NCBI GenBank assembly: GCA_017462455.1
Contig: JAFTRC010000058.1
Coordinates: 123 to 64,122, forward strand
DNA from: Bacilli bacterium
GTDB lineage: Bacteria; Bacillota_I; Bacilli_A; RF39; UBA660
DNA: 64,000 bases
Direction: 5' to 3'
Part shown: positions 25,274 to 34,780 of the stretch, in pieces
Position numbering within the stretch: position 1 is the first letter of the stretch
Layout: each line of letters starts with the position of its first letter
Program-made: the position numbers and the translations under genes
Notes under the pieces: generated by a model
Told to the model about the DNA's origin: nothing
Database searches by the model: none
What the model saw: only the letters and a program-made list of their open reading frames with translations

Positions 25274-26293
25274 CTATTTTTCATTATTTTCTTCAAAATA
25301 ATCTAATTTCATATTTTTACGTACTCTTCTCATTACTTCTTCAGCTTTTCTCTTAGTTGCTTCAGTACCTTCTTTCAAGATTCTTTCTACCTCTTCCGGT
25401 CTTTCTTCGTAATATTTTCTTCTTTCTTGCATTGGTTTCAAGAATTCATTAATTTGTCTAGCAAGTTCTTTTTTACAGAATACGCATCCTCTTTCTCCAT
25501 TTTTACATTCACTACAAACAGCCGCTATATTAGGATTTTTGATAAGTTTGTGATAGTAATAAACCATACATACTTCTGGATCTGCAGGATCATCTTTTCT
25601 AAGTTTATTTGGATCAGTAACTGCACTCATTACTTTCTTAGTAATTGTTTCTTCATCATCAGATAAATATATACAGTTATTAAGTGATTTACTCATCTTC
25701 TCATTACCATCTAATCCTTTTATTCTAGGAGTTGAACTTAATACTGGTTCAGGTACGTTAAATGTCTCTCCATATATATTATTAAATTTTCTAACTATTT
25801 CTCTTGTTTGTTCAATATGAGGTAATTGATCTTCTCCAACAGGAACTAAGTTCCCATTAACACATGCTATATCTGCAGCCTGACTTACTGGATAACCTAA
25901 AAATCCATAAGTAATGCCTTCTCCATTATTTCCAAATAATTCTTGTTTTTGTAATACTTCATGTTTAGTAGTTGGATTTCTATAAAGTCTAGGTACTGAT
26001 ACTAAATTAGAAAAATATACTGTTAGTTCAGCTACTTCAGGTATTAAAGACTGTATATAAATGTGACATTGTTTAGGATCAATTCCTGCAGCTAGGTAAT
26101 CTAAAGCTAGTTCATGTACATTTTCTCTAACTTTTTCTGGATTATTAAAATTATCAGTTAAAGCTTGAACATCTGCAATAAGTATATAAGTGTTATAATC
26201 ATATTGCATCTTTACTCTATTTTCTAGTGAACCAAAATAATGTCCTAGGTGTAACTTACCTGTTGGTCTATCTCCTGTTAATATTGTTTTCAT
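25274..26293 (-). CDS. trpS: tryptophan--tRNA ligase (with C-terminal Cys cluster)
   Basis: HIGH-type motif (GKLHLGH) and KMSKS present. Trimmed to the ATG at 26293 (GGAGG upstream). Confidence 0.9.
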   Translation of the reverse strand: MKTILTGDRPTGKLHLGHYFGSLENRVKMQYDYNTYILIADVQALTDNFNNPEKVRENVHELALDYLAAGIDPKQCHIYIQSLIPEVAELTVYFSNLVSVPRLYRNPTTKHEVLQKQELFGNNGEGITYGFLGYPVSQAADIACVNGNLVPVGEDQLPHIEQTREIVRKFNNIYGETFNVPEPVLSSTPRIKGLDGNEKMSKSLNNCIYLSDDEETITKKVMSAVTDPNKLRKDDPADPEVCMVYYYHKLIKNPNIAAVCSECKNGERGCVFCKKELARQINEFLKPMQERRKYYEERPEEVERILKEGTEATKRKAEEVMRRVRKNMKLDYFEENNEK

Positions 26294-26357
26294 AGGTACC
26301 TCCTTAAAAATACTAACTACATTATACCAAAAAAACATATTATTTTAAATATGTTTT

Positions 26358-27554
26358 TTAATATATATAATATTTTATTGTATTATTAAATTCTAATTCA
26401 TTATATTCTAATAAAGTTATTAGTCCACTATTATCACTATAATAATATAGTTTATTATTATCTACATAATATAAATAATCATCTTTAAAATTAATATTAG
26501 TAGTAGGAACTATGTGTATAAATTTATATACATCTATATTTTCTTTGTCTACTCTATATAATTTATAGCACTCATTTATTTCTTTAAATAAGTAATAATA
26601 ATTATCACTTTCTAATACTTCATCATAATCAGTAAAATTATTATCTAAAGAAGTATAATCAAAATATATTTCTTTATTAGCATTTACCTTATTCATTTTT
26701 TCCCATTTGTTATTCTTGTAATACTTTATATATTTATTACTTGAAATTAATTTAACATTTTTCTTTTCAATATCTATTTCATATTGATTTTCATTATCTA
26801 TATCATATAAATATACTTTATTATCTACTATACCTTGTATGTAAGAATCTAGTGAAATTACTTCTTTTGATTTAATTTTAAACACTTCATTAGTTTCCAT
26901 ATTTATAACATAAAAATATTGAAATTCATAATTATTATCATAATCAGCTATTATATAATATTTATCAATATATGTGCTTATTTTATTGTTATAAACATCA
27001 TTTTTAAATAATTCTATTTCTTTATTATTTACAATTAATCCTTTATAGGTTGTAATAGCTACTATACTTTCTATAGAATTATGTGTATAAAGTTTAATTG
27101 AATTAATAATCTTATTTTTTGATAAGTTATCCACATACTTTTTACTATTGTATATTTTTATACTCTCAACATATTTATCTAAGTCTTCATCTTCTCCTAT
27201 TATTTGACTATAATTATAAACTATATTATCATTGTAACACACCATGTCTATTTTAACTTCATCATTTATTAGTGGAAGAATACATTCATAAGATTTATCT
27301 TTATAATAATAAATATCAGTAACTATTTTTCTTTTTTTATCTGATCTCTCATAAATATAAAACGAATACTTTAAATCATCCTTACTTACTTTAATATAAT
27401 AATTATCTTTGTTATAAATTTCTTCTATAATAAATTTATTATCATCATACTTTAATTTATATTTTAATGTTTTGTTATTAAAAAATAAACTACATATAAC
27501 AATTAAAAATATTAATATTACTATGAATAAAACTAACTTTTTTTTATTTTTCAT
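26358..27554 (-). CDS. hypothetical N-terminally anchored protein, Tyr/Asn/Asp-rich repeats (beta-propeller-like?)
   Basis: Trimmed to MKNKKKLVLFIVILIFLIV. Repetitive YY..D/N segments. No family assigned. Confidence 0.5.
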   Translation of the reverse strand: MKNKKKLVLFIVILIFLIVICSLFFNNKTLKYKLKYDDNKFIIEEIYNKDNYYIKVSKDDLKYSFYIYERSDKKRKIVTDIYYYKDKSYECILPLINDEVKIDMVCYNDNIVYNYSQIIGEDEDLDKYVESIKIYNSKKYVDNLSKNKIINSIKLYTHNSIESIVAITTYKGLIVNNKEIELFKNDVYNNKISTYIDKYYIIADYDNNYEFQYFYVINMETNEVFKIKSKEVISLDSYIQGIVDNKVYLYDIDNENQYEIDIEKKNVKLISSNKYIKYYKNNKWEKMNKVNANKEIYFDYTSLDNNFTDYDEVLESDNYYYLFKEINECYKLYRVDKENIDVYKFIHIVPTTNINFKDDYLYYVDNNKLYYYSDNSGLITLLEYNELEFNNTIKYYIY

Positions 27555-27586
27555 AACTACCTCATACAACAAAAGATAGACTTTAT

Positions 27587-28033
27587 CTATCCTTGTGTCA
27601 ATTTATATTTTTTCTTTTCTTCCATCATATATTCAGTTATTTGTGTTTCTATGTCATCCATAGCAGCCTTAGCAATGTTAGATAAAATTACAGTTTCTTT
27701 TACGGTATCAATGTGTACTTTTCCCCAAATAATTCCAGTACTAACAGTTAAATCATTAAACATATCTGGAGTAATAGCCACATAAGTATACCCAAATAAT
27801 AATCTTTTTTGCGCGATTAAAATTCTTTTATTTGTAAGTGCAACTACAAATGTAGAAAATATATCAAATGAGGAATATCCTTTTTGAGAAGCAAATACAA
27901 AATTTACTTCTTCACCTGGATTTAAATATTTTTCTATTACTTTAGAGTGTGCTTTTAATCTCCATGCTACTGTTGAAGGATATTTTTCTTTAAATTCTTT
28001 TACTTTTTCATAAACTTTTCCCATTTTCTTCAC
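27587..28033 (-). CDS. hypothetical cytoplasmic protein (bacterial PH-like domain suspected)
   Basis: 148-aa ORF tightly packed between neighbours. Functional call is weak. Confidence 0.4.
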   Translation of the reverse strand: MKKMGKVYEKVKEFKEKYPSTVAWRLKAHSKVIEKYLNPGEEVNFVFASQKGYSSFDIFSTFVVALTNKRILIAQKRLLFGYTYVAITPDMFNDLTVSTGIIWGKVHIDTVKETVILSNIAKAAMDDIETQITEYMMEEKKKYKLTQG

Positions 28034-28036
28034 CTC

Positions 28037-29149
28037 TTACTTTATTATACCATTTTCAGTAAATATATCAACAAAATATTTTTCATCTGATGCACCAATT
28101 ATATAATCTATAATTTTATTAGATTGAGTAATAATTGTTAAAGGAGTAGTAAAACCATCATTATAACCTAATTCAATTAGTTTGTTTTCTACACTCTTTG
28201 CAATTTCACTATCAAAATCTAATATATTTATTAAATTTATAGATATATTATAATCAATTATTATTTTATTTAATACAGATAGTGTTGTTTCACAATATTT
28301 ACAATCATCTTTTGTTATCACCGTAACACTAATTTCATTAGAATTCACTAAATTATTTAAAGTATCATAATCAATTTCATTAATATAATTTTCTATTTCA
28401 CTTATATATTTATATTCATATAAAATATTTAGGTATGTGTTTTTAGTGTTAATTCCTCTAATACTTCCAATAATTTTTTTATTTTTAACTAAGATAACTA
28501 TTTGATCATCAACAGAACTTATCTGTAATATATTATTTAATTTTTTTTGTTGATTAGAACTTAATATATAAGCTGGTATCATATTGTAACCTATGTTATA
28601 TTCATTAGTTATTTCTGTTAAAATTTTGTTTTGGTCTAATAATGAATTATTATACTGATAAGGAACATATAACAACATTAAATCTGAATTTATTAGATCT
28701 TTTGTATTTTCTATTATTCCTTGTGGATTACCTATTATACCCGGAATAATATTATGTTTTTGAAAAAATTTAAGTAAATCTTCGTCATTGTTATAACTAA
28801 TTATAGAATCCACTACTTCACCATTTTCAAAAATTACTATAGTATTATAAAATTCATTACTATTAATTATATCTTTTATTTTCTTTTCTTCAAATCTAGA
28901 TAAATCAGTTGTATTAATATATAAATATTCTATATCGTATTTTTCAAATAATTCTACAGGATATTTAGAATAATACTTATCATTAGAAAAATATAATACT
29001 TTCGTATCATTTTTTGTAAACTCTTTTATACTATCTATTAGTTTATTATCAGATGATACAACTAATAACACTATAAAGATAGTAATAAGGAAAGCTACAA
29101 ATACAAACAATAAAAACATTTTTATGATATCGAAAGTACTATTTTTCAT
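28037..29149 (-). CDS. membrane-anchored multi-thioredoxin-fold protein (only the last module keeps CxxC)
   Basis: N-terminal TM segment. The C-terminal module has CKYC and a TTPLTII cis-Pro-like loop. The upstream modules lack Cys. Confidence 0.5.
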   Translation of the reverse strand: MKNSTFDIIKMFLLFVFVAFLITIFIVLLVVSSDNKLIDSIKEFTKNDTKVLYFSNDKYYSKYPVELFEKYDIEYLYINTTDLSRFEEKKIKDIINSNEFYNTIVIFENGEVVDSIISYNNDEDLLKFFQKHNIIPGIIGNPQGIIENTKDLINSDLMLLYVPYQYNNSLLDQNKILTEITNEYNIGYNMIPAYILSSNQQKKLNNILQISSVDDQIVILVKNKKIIGSIRGINTKNTYLNILYEYKYISEIENYINEIDYDTLNNLVNSNEISVTVITKDDCKYCETTLSVLNKIIIDYNISINLINILDFDSEIAKSVENKLIELGYNDGFTTPLTIITQSNKIIDYIIGASDEKYFVDIFTENGIIK

Positions 29150-29158
29150 TTTTTACCC

Positions 29159-30010
29159 CTATTCTGAAATTAAACCTAATTTCTTAAATTCTCTTACTAA
29201 TTGTGAAATTGTTCTTTGTCCAGATATATAATCTACAACTTTCCCATCTTCAACTATTAAAGTTGTTGGAGTTCCAAAAGAACCGTCCTCTAGGAAATCT
29301 GGATCATTATATCCAATTGTTTTTAAACCGGCAAAGAAATCATTTGATTCATCTTCACTCATCTCTGTTAAGTCTAAATAATTTATTGTAACATCATAAT
29401 CTTTAGCTACAGTATTCATTGTCGGTTTAAAAGCTATACAGTGACTACAAGTAGTTTGTCCAATAACAATCGCATGTATTCCACTATCATCTATTAAATC
29501 TTCATATTTATCATAATCAATAAAAGTTATATATTTTTCTGCAGAATATTCTGCATCTTCTGGTAAAACTTCTGTATCGATTAAGAACTCAACATAATCT
29601 TTACCTTGAGTATAACCTCTAGCTACATCTATAACTTCACCATTTTCTACAACTACTGTTGTTGGAGTTGCATGCTCAATGCCTAATTTATCTAATACTT
29701 CAGTTCTTTGTTTTAAAGCTAGTGTAGAAGCATCTAAATAGTAATAATCTAAATCATAATCTTCTGCAATTGTTTCCAATATTGGAGTTTGTAAAGTACA
29801 ATAACTACAACTTGGACTTGCATAATAAATTATTGTTCTTTCTTTAGAATTAAAGGCCTCATAAAATTCTTTTAATTCTTCTTTAGCTTCACTAGAAGCG
29901 ATAACCCCATTTTCTTTTAATGTTATTACAGTAAACACAGCTATTAAAGCTAAAGCTACTACAGCAAGTATAACCGTAATAATAATTGTTTTTTTCTTTT
30001 CTTTTGCCAT
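29159..30010 (-). CDS. membrane-anchored tandem thioredoxin-like protein (two CxxC modules)
   Basis: TM anchor followed by two modules: SPSCSYC...ATPTTVVVENGEVID and QTTCSHC...GTPTTLIVEDGKVVD. Confidence 0.65.
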   Translation of the reverse strand: MAKEKKKTIIITVILAVVALALIAVFTVITLKENGVIASSEAKEELKEFYEAFNSKERTIIYYASPSCSYCTLQTPILETIAEDYDLDYYYLDASTLALKQRTEVLDKLGIEHATPTTVVVENGEVIDVARGYTQGKDYVEFLIDTEVLPEDAEYSAEKYITFIDYDKYEDLIDDSGIHAIVIGQTTCSHCIAFKPTMNTVAKDYDVTINYLDLTEMSEDESNDFFAGLKTIGYNDPDFLEDGSFGTPTTLIVEDGKVVDYISGQRTISQLVREFKKLGLISE

Positions 30011-30151
30011 AAAATTACCTACTTTCTATTTATTTTCGTATTACAAAAACTAAAATGTCATACAAATTAATTATATCACGTATAACGATAAACTTAAAGA
30101 TTTTGAAAATTAAAAAATTAAATTTTTTTAATTTTCATACATTTTAAATAT

Positions 30152-30174
30152 AAAAGTCCTAAAATCGGACTTTT
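30152..30174 (-). terminator. intrinsic terminator of secA
   Basis: aaaagtcc/ggactttt hairpin 4 nt after the secA stop. Confidence 0.6.
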
Positions 30175-30177
30175 ATA

Positions 30178-32670
30178 TTATTTACCACAACATTGTTTGT
30201 ATTTCTTGCCTGAGCCACATGGACAAGGTTCGTTTCTACCTATTTTTGATACTCTCTTAGGAGCTGCTTTTTTAGTTTTCATTTTATCTTCATTTGTAGT
30301 TACTTTTTCAGAAACTTGTTTTCTTTCACTATTTTGTCTCACTTCAGCTTTTAAAAGATAAGTTGTAGCTTGAGCATCTATTCTTGATAATAATTCATCA
30401 AATAAAGCATAACCTTCACTCTTATATTCTCTTAATGGATTATTTTGTGCATAACTTCTTAAATGAATACCTTCTCTTAAATGAGACATTGTATTGATGT
30501 GTTCCATCCAATAAGTATCAATTACTCTTAGTGTTATTGCTTTTTCAAATTCACTTGTAATCTCTTTTGGTACTTTTTTTACTTTATCTTGATATTCTTT
30601 TAATAATTTATCATATAGTTCATCAATGATTTCATCTGTAGTTTTAAATTCTACTTCTTCAAATAAAACTTTATTTTTTAATAATTCGTTTACTTTTTCT
30701 AGTACTTCAGATTTATCATTTCTACTTAGATTATTATTATCATCTAAATGTGAATAAACAACATCTTCAACAAAATTTTTAAACATTTCTTTTGTTAATT
30801 CTTCAATAGATTCTGAATCTAATATTTGATTTCTCTTATCATAGATGATACCTCTTTGTTCATTAATAACATCATCGTATTCTAGTAATGTTTTTCTTAA
30901 ATCAAAGTTGTTTCCTTCTACTCTTTTTTGAGCAGTCTCTATTGAATTAGATAACATTTTATTTCTTATTGAAACATCATCGTCAAATCCGACTCTTTGA
31001 AGCATTAACTTAGCCCTATCAGTACCAAATCTTACCATCAAGTCATCTTCAAATGATACACAGAATTGACTTTCTCCTGGATCTCCTTGACGTCCTGAAC
31101 GCCCTCTCAATTGGTTATCTATACGTCTTGATTCATGTCTTTCAGTACCTATTACAAACAATCCACCTAAAGCTTTAACTTCATCTGTTAATTTAATATC
31201 GGTTCCACGTCCTGCCATATTTGTAGCAATAGTAACAGCACCTTTATCACCTGCATGAGCAATTATTTCAGCTTCTCTAGCATGGTTTTTAGCATTTAAT
31301 ACTTCATGTGGTACTTTCATTTTCTTTAATTTTTGACTTATTAATTCACTTGTTTCAACCGCTACTGTACCAACTAATACTGGTTGTCCTGTTTTATGTC
31401 TTTCTTTTATTTCATTAACTATAGCCTTATATTTACCTTCTTTAGTAGCAAATAACAAATCCCCATAGTCTTTACGAGCTACTGGTCTATTTGTAGGTAT
31501 TTGAATAACATACATATTATAGATATCTCTAAATTCTTCTTCTTCTGTTTTAGCAGTACCTGTCATACCAGATAATTTTTTATACATTCTAAATAAATTT
31601 TGAAATGTTATTGTAGCAAGTGTTTTAGTTTCTTCATTGATTTGTACACCTTCTTTAGCTTCTATAGCTTGGTGTAATCCATCTGAATAATTACGACCTT
31701 GCATTAAACGTCCTGTAAATGGATCTACGATAACAATCTTTCCATCATTTACTACATAATCAACATCTATTTTCATAGCATAATTAGCTTTTAATGCTTG
31801 ATTTATGAAATGTACTAAAGTAGTATGATTAATGTCATATAAGTTATCTACAGCAAATGCTTTCTCTGCTTTAGCTATACCTATTTGATCTAGTGATACT
31901 GCCTTAGTTTTTTCATCATATATGTATCCATCATTTTCTTTTAAACTTTTAACAAATTTATCTGTTTGCATATAAAGGTTAGCTGATTTCATAAATCCCC
32001 CAGATATAATAAGAGGTGTTCTAGCTTCATCTATTAATACTGAGTCAACTTCGTCTATAATAGCAAAGTTATAAGGTCTTGCTACTCTATCAGTTGCTTT
32101 AACTACCATGTTATCTCTTAAGTAGTCAAATCCTATTTCGTTATTTGTAGAATATAAGATATCACAGTTATAAGCATCTCTTTTTTCACTTGGGGTTAAT
32201 TCTCTATAGTTAGTTCCAACTGTAAGTCCTAGGAATCTATAGATTTCTCCCATCCACTCTGCATCACGTCCAGCTAGATATTCATTAACTGTAATTATAT
32301 GAACTCCTTCTCCTGTAAGTGCGTTTAAATAAGCAGGAAGTGTTGAAGTTAATGTTTTACCTTCACCAGTTCTCATTTCAGCTATATTACCATAATGAAT
32401 AGCTAAACCACCTATAATTTGTACATAGTAAGGTTTTTCTCCAATTACACGATATGCAGCTTCTCTCGCAGTAGCAAATGCTTCTACCTTTATATCTTCT
32501 AAAGTTTCTCCATTAGCTAGTCTATCTTGAAACTCTTTAGTTTTTGCTTTTAACTTCTTATCGCTTAATTTTGAATATTCCTCATCGAGTGCTATTACTT
32601 CATCAGCAATCTTTTTAAATTTTTCTAACTCTTTATATTCATGATTAAAAATTTTCTTAAATAATTTCAT
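30178..32670 (-). CDS. secA: preprotein translocase ATPase SecA
   Basis: 830 aa with MRTGEGKT and DEVDSVLIDEARTPLIISG motifs and the C-terminal zinc motif CPCGSGKKYKQCCG. Confidence 0.95.
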   Translation of the reverse strand: MKLFKKIFNHEYKELEKFKKIADEVIALDEEYSKLSDKKLKAKTKEFQDRLANGETLEDIKVEAFATAREAAYRVIGEKPYYVQIIGGLAIHYGNIAEMRTGEGKTLTSTLPAYLNALTGEGVHIITVNEYLAGRDAEWMGEIYRFLGLTVGTNYRELTPSEKRDAYNCDILYSTNNEIGFDYLRDNMVVKATDRVARPYNFAIIDEVDSVLIDEARTPLIISGGFMKSANLYMQTDKFVKSLKENDGYIYDEKTKAVSLDQIGIAKAEKAFAVDNLYDINHTTLVHFINQALKANYAMKIDVDYVVNDGKIVIVDPFTGRLMQGRNYSDGLHQAIEAKEGVQINEETKTLATITFQNLFRMYKKLSGMTGTAKTEEEEFRDIYNMYVIQIPTNRPVARKDYGDLLFATKEGKYKAIVNEIKERHKTGQPVLVGTVAVETSELISQKLKKMKVPHEVLNAKNHAREAEIIAHAGDKGAVTIATNMAGRGTDIKLTDEVKALGGLFVIGTERHESRRIDNQLRGRSGRQGDPGESQFCVSFEDDLMVRFGTDRAKLMLQRVGFDDDVSIRNKMLSNSIETAQKRVEGNNFDLRKTLLEYDDVINEQRGIIYDKRNQILDSESIEELTKEMFKNFVEDVVYSHLDDNNNLSRNDKSEVLEKVNELLKNKVLFEEVEFKTTDEIIDELYDKLLKEYQDKVKKVPKEITSEFEKAITLRVIDTYWMEHINTMSHLREGIHLRSYAQNNPLREYKSEGYALFDELLSRIDAQATTYLLKAEVRQNSERKQVSEKVTTNEDKMKTKKAAPKRVSKIGRNEPCPCGSGKKYKQCCGK

Positions 32671-32734
32671 GTCCTATTCTCCTTTATGTCTATATATATA
32701 TTTTATCAAAAATCTAAGCAAAATAATAGTAAAA

Positions 32735-32764
32735 TTGAAAAAAATAGGCATATTTGCCTATTTT
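32735..32764 (-). terminator. intrinsic terminator of hpf
   Basis: aaaataggca/tgcctatttt stem overlapping the stop codon, with a T-run on the minus strand. Confidence 0.55.
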
Positions 32765-33285
32765 ATTTCTAAGATTCCATAATCTCCGTCTTTTCTCTTA
32801 TATAAAATATTTACTTCATTAGTTTCCATATTTCTAAAAGCAAAGAATTCGTGTCCTAAAAGTTCCATTTGAAGTATAGCTTCTTCTTCATCCATTGGCT
32901 TATCTTCAATAACTTTTCTTTTAACAACAATATTGTTATTTTCTTCTTTTTCTTCAAAATCTAGAACAAAATTATTAAAACTTTCTTTAGTAGTCTTTCT
33001 ATTCATTCTAGTTTTATTTTTTCTGATTTGTCTTTCTATTTTATCAGAAACTCTATCTATAGATGCATATAGATCTTTATGAGATTCTTCACCTCTTAAT
33101 ATATATCTATTAGCATTTATTGTAACTTCTACAACTTGATCATTACCTCTTAATTTAATAAGAACAGTAGCGGTAATATCGTCAGGATTTTCAAAGTACT
33201 TATCTAGCCTCCCAATTTTTTCTTCGATATAATTCTTTATTGAGTCTGTAACATCGAGTTTTTTTCCATGAATATTAAATTTCAT
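32758..33285 (-). CDS. hpf: ribosome hibernation promoting factor (long HPF)
   Basis: Trimmed to MKFNIHGKKLDVTDSIKNYIEEK. Long-form C-terminal dimerisation domain. Lies upstream of secA, as in Bacillus. Confidence 0.9.
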   Translation of the reverse strand: MKFNIHGKKLDVTDSIKNYIEEKIGRLDKYFENPDDITATVLIKLRGNDQVVEVTINANRYILRGEESHKDLYASIDRVSDKIERQIRKNKTRMNRKTTKESFNNFVLDFEEKEENNNIVVKRKVIEDKPMDEEEAILQMELLGHEFFAFRNMETNEVNILYKRKDGDYGILEIK

Positions 33286-33361
33286 AGCATCAATCCTTTC
33301 CAATTTCATTATATCATACTTTTTAACATTGTCAAATGAAATTTTTGTGAAAAAAAAACTA

Positions 33362-33577
33362 CTATACTAGAGCAGCTTTTATTTCTACAACATTCTTCGC
33401 TTGTAAACCTTTATCAGTTCTTACTAAATCAAATTTTACATATTGGCCTTCTACTAAAGTTTTATAACCTTCAGAAAGAATAGCTGAATAATGAACAAAG
33501 ATATCTTCTTTATCATTGTATTCGATAAATCCGAAGCCTTTTTCATTATTAAACCACTTCACTTTGCTTGTAATCAC
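33362..33577 (-). CDS. cold-shock protein (CspA family)
   Basis: [12 protein letters not shown] (RNP1) and DIFVHYS (RNP2) motifs. Confidence 0.9.
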   Translation of the reverse strand: MITSKVKWFNNEKGFGFIEYNDKEDIFVHYSAILSEGYKTLVEGQYVKFDLVRTDKGLQAKNVVEIKAALV

Positions 33578-33876
33578 TCTAACATCTCCCTTCTAGTTTC
33601 GTTTACAACTTAAGTATATCATAAAGCACACTACATAAACTGTTTTTTCGTTCGTCAAAGTTCGACATTTATCGATGATGATTATACGAAGCGCGCTTTT
33701 CATATTTTCAATTTCATCATTTTATTATCGTTTACTTTTTCTACGGAAAAACATATTAATTCTACCATAACGAAAGAACTTGTTAAAGAATATTTGCTTA
33801 AAGTATCGGATTTTTTGCACGAAATTATTTTATTAGCAAAATCAAATAACACATTTTTTATTATTGAGATAAAATT

Positions 33877-33905
33877 TTGACAACTCAAACTTTTATCATT
33901 TTAAT
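33877..33905 (+). promoter_or_regulatory. candidate agrBD promoter TTGACA-17-TTTAAT
   Basis: Perfect -35 at 33877..33882, a 17-nt spacer, and the -10 TTTAAT at 33900..33905, about 50 nt upstream of the agrB ATG. Confidence 0.4.
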
Positions 33906-33955
33906 ATTAGAAATTAACTATTATAATTAATTCAGATAGTAAAGGCAGTAGATAT

Positions 33956-34573
33956 ATGAAAAAATTTATTATTAATGGATGTATGAAATATATAAAAAAT
34001 AATACTAAATATGATAGTATAAAACTTGCTGAAATAAGATATGGTCTAGAAGGAATGTATTTAACTATTTCAAAGCTAATAATTATTTCAATTTTATGTG
34101 TTATTTTAGGTGTCTTTAAAGAAATGATTACATTTTTATTATTTTTTAATATTATAAGGATGCCTGCTTTTGGATTACACGCAACAAAAAGTTGGATATG
34201 TCTTTTAACTTCTACTATATTTTTTATAGGATTTCCAATTTTGAGTATTTATTTGAATATTAGTTTAATTATTAAAATTATTATTTGTTCTGTATGTGTT
34301 ATTTTAATTTACAAAAATGCACCAGCAGATACTAAAAAGAAACCTATAGTTAATAAAAAAAGACGATTAGTATACAAAGTGTTATCTACAGTAATATCAA
34401 TTATATTTTCAATTATTGCAATATTAATAAAAGAACAATTTATTTCTAATTGCTTAATTTTCTCATTGGTATTAGAAAATTTATTAATATCTCCACTTGT
34501 CTATAAGTTATTTAAGCTACCTTATAACAATTATATAACTTATTTAAAAGAACACCCTGATTTTGCACAATAA
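33956..34573 (+). CDS. agrB: AgrB-family autoinducing-peptide processing membrane protease
   Basis: Polytopic protein. In RMPAFGLHATKSWIC the His and Cys are 7 residues apart, as in the AgrB catalytic pair. Followed by an agrD-like ORF. Confidence 0.85.
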   Translation: MKKFIINGCMKYIKNNTKYDSIKLAEIRYGLEGMYLTISKLIIISILCVILGVFKEMITFLLFFNIIRMPAFGLHATKSWICLLTSTIFFIGFPILSIYLNISLIIKIIICSVCVILIYKNAPADTKKKPIVNKKRRLVYKVLSTVISIIFSIIAILIKEQFISNCLIFSLVLENLLISPLVYKLFKLPYNNYITYLKEHPDFAQ

Positions 34574-34629
34574 CTATGGTTTAAACATTTATGTTTAAAT
34601 AAAAGAATAAAACGGGAAGGAGGCTGTGT

Positions 34630-34743
34630 ATGTTAGCTAATTTACTTGCTATGCTTGGATTAGGAGCAGCTAATGCTGGAAGTCAAGCTTGTTGGTTTTT
34701 AATGGTTGATGAAGCTGAATGTCCAGAAAGCCTAATAAAATAA
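34630..34743 (+). CDS. agrD: AgrD-like autoinducing peptide precursor (37 aa, not in ORF track)
   Basis: GGAAGGAGG lies 8 nt upstream. Product MLANLLAMLGLGAANAGSQACWFLMVDEAECPESLIK has an amphipathic leader, a Cys+4 ring candidate (CWFLM) and an acidic recognition tail with conserved Pro. Confidence 0.7.
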   Translation: MLANLLAMLGLGAANAGSQACWFLMVDEAECPESLIK

Positions 34744-34749
34744 AAACAA

Positions 34750-34780
34750 AAAAATAATCATTCTTGTAATGATTATTTTT
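34750..34780. terminator. bidirectional terminator between convergent agrD and agrC-like genes
   Basis: aaaaataatcatt cttgt aatgattattttt, a 13-bp stem flanked by A- and T-runs. Confidence 0.6.

Noticed and set aside
26294-26357. T-box leader expected upstream of trpS.
   Set aside because: The intergenic space is only 64 nt. It is filled by a terminator-like hairpin (aaacatat..atatgttt) and a TATAAT box, so there is no room for a T-box.
33700-33888. 62-aa minus-strand ORF in the csp-agrB spacer.
   Set aside because: It has a TTG start without an SD and overlaps the candidate agrB -35. It has no recognisable motif. It could only be rescued by transcript or peptide evidence.
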